64,000 bases of DNA from Eledone cirrhosa (Eukaryota): contig OZ024740.1 of the NCBI GenBank assembly GCA_964016885.1, positions 379,316,001 through 379,380,000 on the forward strand. The letters run 5' to 3'. A program made the translations under genes and the position numbers. Shown here piece after piece: positions 56,661 through 64,000 of this stretch; position 1 is the first letter of the stretch; each line of letters opens with the position of its first letter. The notes under the pieces are model-generated. The model saw nothing but the letters and a program-made list of their open reading frames with translations. It was not told the origin of the DNA and made no database searches.

Positions 56661-58900
56661 TAAAATAACAGATTAAAATTTAAGCAAAGAATCGCTGCTT
56701 TAACGGGATCTTTTGAAACTAACAAAGTCAATCTGTGAACGCAGAAGTGAATATTTCAAAAAACGTTGCAACCGGAGGAAGACAGGGAGACGATACTTTC
56801 GTTCGTGGAAACGTTCCCTGGCAAAGAACGGGAAAAAACGAATATAATACGTCATTATTTGGAGCGGTGAAAAACAATTACACGCAAAGACAAAACCACG
56901 TTTATGGTATAAAAGAGGTCGTAGACTAATATTCTATTAGGTGGTTCATAGAGACGATCACTAGCAATGAACGGAAAAAACAAAGATAATACGTCATATG
57001 TGGAGCGTGGAGAACAATAGCACGCAAAGACAAAACCACGTAAATGGTATAACTGAAGTCGTAGACTAAAATTCTAACTAGGAAACCGAATGATTCTCGG
57101 CTTCAGAGTTAAGAATAAAGTAAATAAAATACAAAGGTAATTGAAATTAAATAAATACATACACACATCCAAATACGTACATACACAAGCATACGCAAAA
57201 ACCTCGCCATAGGTATACAAATACACGCACGTACACAAAAAGAAAACCCCGCCGCACTCACATACAGAACCACGCAACGCCTGTACCCACACGCATACAC
57301 CGAATACACAAAATATATATAAAAATATATATATATATGTGTGTGTGTGCGTGTATACATATAATTAAATAAACGTATATAAATAAATAAATACGTATAT
57401 AACAAGCGCACACACATACCTACATGTAAATACACATATGTTCGGGGACATACGTCAACCAAAACACAAAGTACACATATACACACACCCTACATACGTA
57501 CGAACCCGCATACTCACACAGACGCCAAACTCACGTATACACATAACCAAAAGCATATGTACCAGAATATATAATATATACGCCATAACATATACAATCA
57601 AAATACGTACGAGAAAGTATACGTACCTTCACAAAACATACAGGTAATATATACTTACCTATACAAATAAGTAATGGTATAAACATAACATATACTTAGC
57701 TACCACATCAAGACGTAAAATATCCGCGTATAGTTCGTACTATCCGTTAGGGTATAATGTGGGGCTGTAATACAGGAAAGGTTTGTGTAATTTATGTTTA
57801 CAAGCCGAAATTGCCTCAGTTTTTTTGTTTAAGATGTGGTCTTTGGCGTAGAGTATTTCCAGGGCCTCAGCGGCGCAGAGGTCACATGGACTTTTATTTC
57901 CGTTATACGATCTAGCCCTAGCTTGGATCTCCCAGTGTAACTTATATTGGGTGTGGTTGTCTTTTCGACTCCAGATATAAACTGAAAATGACGTCATATT
58001 ACTTCTTAAGGGGTAACGAAAGGAATGGGTATGCATGTAAAGACGCTGCTTGAATCTATTGGCGGTTAACCCTATGTAGGCCCTACGGGACGTGGGTGTT
58101 TCAACCTTACATTTGTAGACAATGTTACTAGCGAGGCATTTCCCGGATAGGGGGCAGTCAACCCGATTCCTGCAATTACAGTTAGTACTAACTACAGGGT
58201 TGCACGTGTTCCTACGGCTAGGTAGTTTAGCTAAATTTGAAGCTGTGATGTTATGTGCAAGGTTAGGAGTCGTAGAGTAAGAAATTTTAATAGTATTTCT
58301 ATTAAAAATGTTACTATATTTATGTGTAGGGGGAAAATGCTTCATAATAAGGGAGAGAAATCTTAGCTAATGGTGTGGCCACCTCCATATTATGTCATAT
58401 GGATTATACCATATAATGCGTCGGGATCTATTTCTTCTAGGTCTATTCTCGTACTCTATATATGCTACCTTATCGACAAATCCACTCCGAGCAAGAGCTT
58501 CATTGTAATATGTGGAATGGTCGTTGAAAATATGCCCGTTAGTAGATAGACGGGAAAGCCTCAAAGAAACGTTTCTTACCAGGTTCTTGGTTATGCTGGC
58601 AGGATGGTTAGAATGCTTACTTATGTAATTAAGTGTATCATTCGGCTTTCGATACGGGTAATGCAAGCCATTCGATAAATTGAGGGTAACGTCGAGGTAA
58701 TTAACGACCGAGAGGTTGGCCTCAACCTGTATGGAGAGGTTGAAGCCTTTAAAGAAGGCTATGAGTTCTTTTCTGAACCTGTCGCAAGCACGTGGGCCGC
58801 ACTTAGTCATGGTCAAAAGACCATCATCACGGTACAAACCACCGCCCACGTTGGGGAATTCTTCCTTGATAGAGAAAAGAAGGAAAAGGCCGATAAGATC
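56660..58900 (-). mobile_element. Penelope-like element 2 (probably Hydra clade), 5'-truncated and frameshifted
   Basis: DLIGLFL..GGGLYRDDGL, NYLDVTLNL, YRKPN (58900-58367), frameshift, then CNCRNRVDC and IVY...AYIGLT (58345-57740). About 1.1 kb 3' region containing a ~143-bp tandem duplication. The 3' boundary is uncertain. Confidence 0.9.
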
Positions 58901-59107
58901 ATATTTAATATAGAAATGGCTTCTACCGGACTAGAACTGTATCATTCGGGAGAAATTATCAGGAAAGCCAGGGCTTTCCTGATAATTTCTCCCGAATGAA
59001 ACAGTTCTAGTCCTGTAGAAGCCATTTCTATATTAAATATTTATACCCTGCTATGTATTGAGTACCTCACTGTGGTTACCCCCGATTGAACCCGAGATAA
59101 ACCAACA

Positions 59108-59110
<3 letters not shown>
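58901..59110. repeat. 140-bp palindrome plus tail fused to the truncation point of PLE 2
   Basis: 58901-59040 is self-complementary around AG at 58970-71; tail 59041-59110. Relatives at 29238-29352, 56042-56129 and ~59260-59340. Confidence 0.93.
58972..59023 (+). ncRNA. Hammerhead-like motif (G8A) in palindrome arm
   Basis: GGCTTTC-CTGATAA-tTTCtcccGAAt-GAAA-CAGttctagtcCTG-TA-GAAGCC; mirror copy at 58918-58969. Confidence 0.55.
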
Positions 59111-59152
<42 letters not shown>

Positions 59153-59414
59153 TAAATATAGATAAAAATAGAATTATTTCAATCATATTACGCTATGTAT
59201 AATGGCGAAATAGTGAGTCTTGTCACTTGCGCACTCGCAGAATCATCTGTGATATCAACTTTTCATTCATTTGAAATCATCAGGAAAGCTTTTCCTGGTG
59301 TATTGAGTACATTACTTGAATTGTGGTTCCCTTTCATTTCCACTATGCACGCGGACAAACACACACATACAACCACACACACACACACATATATATTTAT
59401 AAGTATGCACACGT

Positions 59415-59477
<63 letters not shown>

Positions 59478-59536
59478 TATATCTTTCTTTATTTAGATAG
59501 ATATAAATAGATAGATAGATAGATGGATAGATAGAT

Positions 59537-59607
59537 TTCTATCTGATGAACGATATCAGGCGTTTCTGTTAGAATCGTCTAACTTCGTGAAACCTTAGGT
59601 AATGGAA
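59537..59607 (+). ncRNA. Type I hammerhead ribozyme
   Basis: TTCTAT-CTGATGA-ACGA...GTTAGA atcg TCTAAC tTCGT-GAAA-CCttaGG-TA-ATGGAA. Confidence 0.82.
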
Positions 59608-59794
59608 TAATTATATTGTGTTGTTTATTATATAATTAAATATAATATATATATATATATATAAATATATATATATATGATCTTCTTTTAGTCCATTGAG
59701 CGCTTGCCGCATACCTCGAAATCTGCATTCCGCTTTGTTTTGGCCACCGCCGAAATACGATCTCGCTGAAATTATATATATATATCTATCTATC

Positions 59795-59893
<99 letters not shown>

Positions 59894-60716
59894 AGCGAGA
59901 GAGAGGGGGGGATAGAGAATCGAGGAGAGAGTCTGAGAGACATTATTTAGAAGACCACTATATTGCTTGTGCATATTTAATCGATCGTTTGTGAATAAAA
60001 ATTAAACGCGGGCACTGGAGGGATATGAATTCAGACGCTTGAAACTAAGAACACGAAGGCAGTTAGTTGCACTTAATGTCTCCAGCTGGATACCAACAAA
60101 GTGACCTGCTAGATTTAGTAGAAAAATCTCTTTCGAATCACACAACTGTTATAAATAAAGAAGTCTACATTAGATAATGTAATCCCCGGTATACGAGAAG
60201 GTATGATGGTCAAGGTTAGAATAGCTTTGACCATAGGTTTCTTCTATCAGGTATGACCTGGAAGGAAGCAAAACAACAGTAAAAGTTTGCCACTTTTGGC
60301 TAATAGAGGTATTAGTAATTGACATTGTTAGTGAATAATATATTCCAATTAAAACTTTTAACATACAGCCCTAATTAATTAGATACTTTTTTCCATGTTT
60401 TATAAGTATTTTAGTTTGAATATTTTCAGAATATTTGTGAGTTTCTGTGTTTCACTAAAAGAAAATTCACAAGATTTGAATAAACACAAAGACTGAATTT
60501 TTATGAGAGAAGGGAATAGGAATTTTTGAAATAGTTTAAACACATGCGGTGTAAAATCGCTTCAAACTAATAATCGGATTAGCGTTAATTGCTTGGCACA
60601 CTCGAAACAACTCCTTAGTCTCTAATATTCGGTTACTGTTTTAATTAATTTTTCTAAATAGAATTAAGTTCACTATATTAAATATGTTAAAACTATGTGT
60701 ATTATATTAATATGTT

Positions 60717-60905
60717 AGCGGTGGATTGGCAGTATCGGTAGAGGGTCGGACGCCATGCTGTGACGTATAGGGTTACGGCCCTTGCCATTCTGAGTTCAAA
60801 TCCCGCCGAGGTTAACTTTGTCTTTCATCCTTACGGGGTCGATAAAATAAAGTACCAGTAATGCACTGGGTATTTGCTGGCCTTGTGCCAAAAGTAGAAA
60901 CAATT
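60717..60905 (+). mobile_element. SINE family A
   Basis: Sense copy: GGTGGATTGGCAGTATCGGTAGAG...GAGTTCAAATCCCGCC...AAAGTAGAAACAATT. Confidence 0.88.
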
Positions 60906-61639
60906 ATATTAATATGTTAACTATTTTTTATGTGGCTAGTATGTGAATTTTTAATTGTTCCCGCCTATCTGTATACAATATTTTACATCTCCTTATTACA
61001 ATCTCCTTCATCACAACTCTGTTAAGAAGTTTGAAGTCTAAGCTTCACTGAGAAGATCTAGAAACATGTCAGGAATCGTTTCCTATATTCAAAACTATTT
61101 CTAAATAGACATTTTATGCTCACTATAGTAATTGTTTTTATTTAGCAATTTGAAGGAAAGGGGAAAGTCGATTAAATCGACTACAATGCGTTACTTATAA
61201 GTTTTTTATCGATCCCGTAAGGATGAAAGGGTAAGCTAACCTCGACAGGATTGGAACTCATATCCTCACTATGATAATGTTGCCACATTATTAAATAGTT
61301 TTAATTGAGATTGGAAACTATGTCACATCATCAACTAATTATGATCTTATTTCTAATGTACAATATGCATGAAAAAATTGTAATTTATAAGAGCATAATT
61401 CAACCTCAGTGTATGACTGGTACTTATTGTATCGGTTCAGAAAAGATGGAAAGCAAAACTAATCTGAAACATAAAGAGTTGAATCTTAATAGTAGACTAG
61501 GTTATCAAAAAATTCATGGCATAAGGAAAGTGAATAGAATTAAAACAACATCTCAATCACATCTTCCTGGGGGTTTGTACACTACGGAACTCAATGCAAT
61601 ACTCTAAAGTCTGTTTTAAGCCAGAAAGCTCGTTAGGCT

Positions 61640-61882
61640 TGTGTTTATCCTGGTTTCATGGCGTGAAGCGACAGAGAGTACAAGACTCCCCACTGGAGGT
61701 CAGTCCATCGTAGGGTTAAACCCCCAGCTATTGCTGGTACTCATTTTCAGTTGAGTATACTGGAGAAACGTGAAATAAAGTATTTTGTTCGAGAACATAA
61801 CACACAACCCAGCCCAGGAATCCAACCCACGACATTATGATCGTACGTCCAACACCCTTACGACTAAGCCACGTGCCTCCAC
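61640..61882 (-). mobile_element. SINE family B
   Basis: Reverse-complement match to 53028. Confidence 0.8.
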
Positions 61883-62462
61883 CAATGCAATACTGATGAA
61901 GTTAAGTATATTTTGTTGATTGGCATTTTAAGTTTAGCCTCTCTCGGTCTTATTCAACCAAAAACTTGAAAGCCCAGTCAATTCAATATATAAAATGTAT
62001 TTTACCTCAACTACAAATATTGAGAATATTTTTCGGCAGATGTTTGTGGTTATTTATAAATACATATACGTTTTAAGAAGGTAAGATATAATTTGAAGGA
62101 ATTTGGCTGCTATTTCTAGTTGATCAAGAGACTTAAGAAAGGCTCATTTATTAGCTCGTGCTTTTGTTATTATTGTTGTTTCAATCGAACAAACTTATGA
62201 TGAAAAGCATTCGAACTATTATCATCCCGTCTTTTATTCATAAGTAGTCTAACCTGAACTACAATATTCGTTACGCTCTCTTTAAGGCGGTAATATGTGA
62301 TTTAGGCAAGATTGGCTGCATTTTCTAGCTGTTCAAATAGCCAGGAAGAGATACCCTTAACAATTCGTGAATGAAATTTATATCTCGTATGTTTTTATTC
62401 TTCCTTTTACATTCGTATTCACGAGTAGATGAATACATACTTGTTTTCATTCTTTTATGTGG

Positions 62463-62499
<37 letters not shown>

Positions 62500-62520
62500 A
62501 TTTGAAATCTCTACAACAGA

Positions 62521-62605
62521 GGTCCGACGAGCTTTTGACTCCAAAGTCGGGCGAGATTGATACAGATCGAACCTTGAGCTTATCAATAGCGAAACGCGCG
62601 TCACC
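62521..62605 (+). ncRNA. Type I hammerhead (U4C variant) with long stem II
   Basis: GGT-CCGACGA-GCTtTTGA...TCAAtAGC-GAAA-CGCGCG-TC-ACC, AATAAA at 62610. Partial copies at 62828-62860 (+) and 63212-63285 (-). Confidence 0.7.
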
Positions 62606-62685
62606 AGCCAATAAATGTAATGAAGGCGTAACCATTCATTCTTATAATATATATATATATATGTGTGTGTGTGTGCGTATGTATG

Positions 62686-62718
<33 letters not shown>

Positions 62719-62725
62719 ATGTATG

Positions 62726-62811
<86 letters not shown>

Positions 62812-62864
62812 TATGTATATATATATATAATGAAGGCGTAACCATTCATCCTTGTATTATATAT

Positions 62865-62958
<94 letters not shown>

Positions 62959-63070
62959 GAATTTATATCTAGTAACATTTATATACACACAGATGCATAT
63001 CAATGCTAGCAAATATATAGGTTTTGTCTTATTAACAATGTGGTTCAATGCATGGGGTTGCAGAACAATA

Positions 63071-63116
63071 ATATGAGAGACGTAAAATAAGAAAATTATA
63101 ATTTTCTTATTTTACG

Positions 63117-63126
<10 letters not shown>
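63071..63126. repeat. Perfect 56-bp palindrome abutting (TA)n
   Basis: ATATGAGAGACGTAAAATAAGAAAATTA|TAATTTTCTTATTTTACGTCTCTCATAT; left tail ~62955-63070. Confidence 0.93.
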
Positions 63127-63208
<82 letters not shown>

Positions 63209-63294
63209 ATGATACAAGGATGAATGGTTACGCCTTCATTACGTTTATTGGTTGGTGACGCGCGTTTAGCTATTGATAAACTATAAATATAGAA

Positions 63295-63440
63295 GAGGAA
63301 GACCAAGGTTAACGTATGTTGATGCCCTAAGGACAGATACTGGTCTGTTGGAGACGCAGGACATGGCAGCGATAATGAGGGACAGAGACCGCTGGAGAGA
63401 ACTCGTCCATGGATCTCGGGAATTTTACCCGCCTTAGATA
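63295..63440 (+). mobile_element. RTE-like LINE 3' end
   Basis: Translates GRPRLTYVDALRTDTGLLETQDMAAIMRDRDRWRELV, followed by a (TAGA)n tail. Confidence 0.65.
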
Positions 63441-63574
63441 GATAGATAGATATATATATATAGAGAGAAAAGATGAAGTTGTTAGAAATAGCACGGGAGA
63501 TATATTTAAGGGTCTGTTTTTCTTTTTGGATTCGTCAAAGTGACATTATTGAAAATATAGTGTTATTAAAAAGA

Positions 63575-63953
63575 CAATTGTTTCTACTTTTATGGCACAA
63601 GGCCAGCAAATACCCAGAGCATTACTGGTACTTTATTTTATCGACCCCATAAGGATGAAAGGCAAAGTTAACCTCGGCGGGATTTGAACTCAGAATGGTA
63701 AGGGCCGTAACTCTATGCGTCAAAGCATGGCGTCCGACCCTCTACCGATACTGCCAATCCACCGTGTTATTAAAAAGATAATTGTTTCTACTTTAGGCAC
63801 AAGGCCAGCATTACTGGTACTTTATTTTATCGACCCCGTAAGGATGAAAGGCAAAGTTAACCTCGGCGGGATTTGAACTCAGACCGTAAAGGGACGCAAC
63901 CATGCTGGAAAGCATGGCGTCCGACTCTCTACTGATACTGCCAATCCACCGCA
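63575..63953 (-). mobile_element. Two tandem family A SINEs
   Basis: Copies at 63575-63765 and 63779-63953; the first is flanked by the repeat GTGTTATTAAAAAGA.AAT (probable TSD). Confidence 0.88.
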
Positions 63954-64000
63954 GATAATGTTATTAAAAAAGAAAGGGACAATTCTTTAAAAAAAATTTT

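Overview
AT-rich, microsatellite-laden animal genomic DNA; the SINE and microsatellite content suggests an octopus or other coleoid cephalopod (inference). The only host gene is a + strand transglutaminase. Six exons (7433-45627) splice in frame with GT-AG junctions and include the catalytic GQCW cysteine; the first exon and the His/Asp exons were not found in the window. The introns and flanks carry a 5'-truncated CRE-like RT+RLE LINE, a near full-length RTE LINE, a non-autonomous Helitron, many tRNA-derived SINEs and two 5'-truncated Penelope-like elements (PLEs; RT + CxCx5C linker + C-terminal GIY-YIG). The most striking signal is non-coding. Many of the short islands between (TA)n tracts are PLE-type termini, carrying about 11 type I hammerhead ribozymes with plausible cores (including U3-A8 and U4C variants) plus several decayed ones. 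About nine fold-back or inverted-repeat elements have a one-sided tail, some with hammerheads in both polarities, and a GAG(T/C)(A/G)C motif recurs near the (TA)n junction in unrelated families. All ribozyme folds and alignments were read by eye; none is computed or tested.
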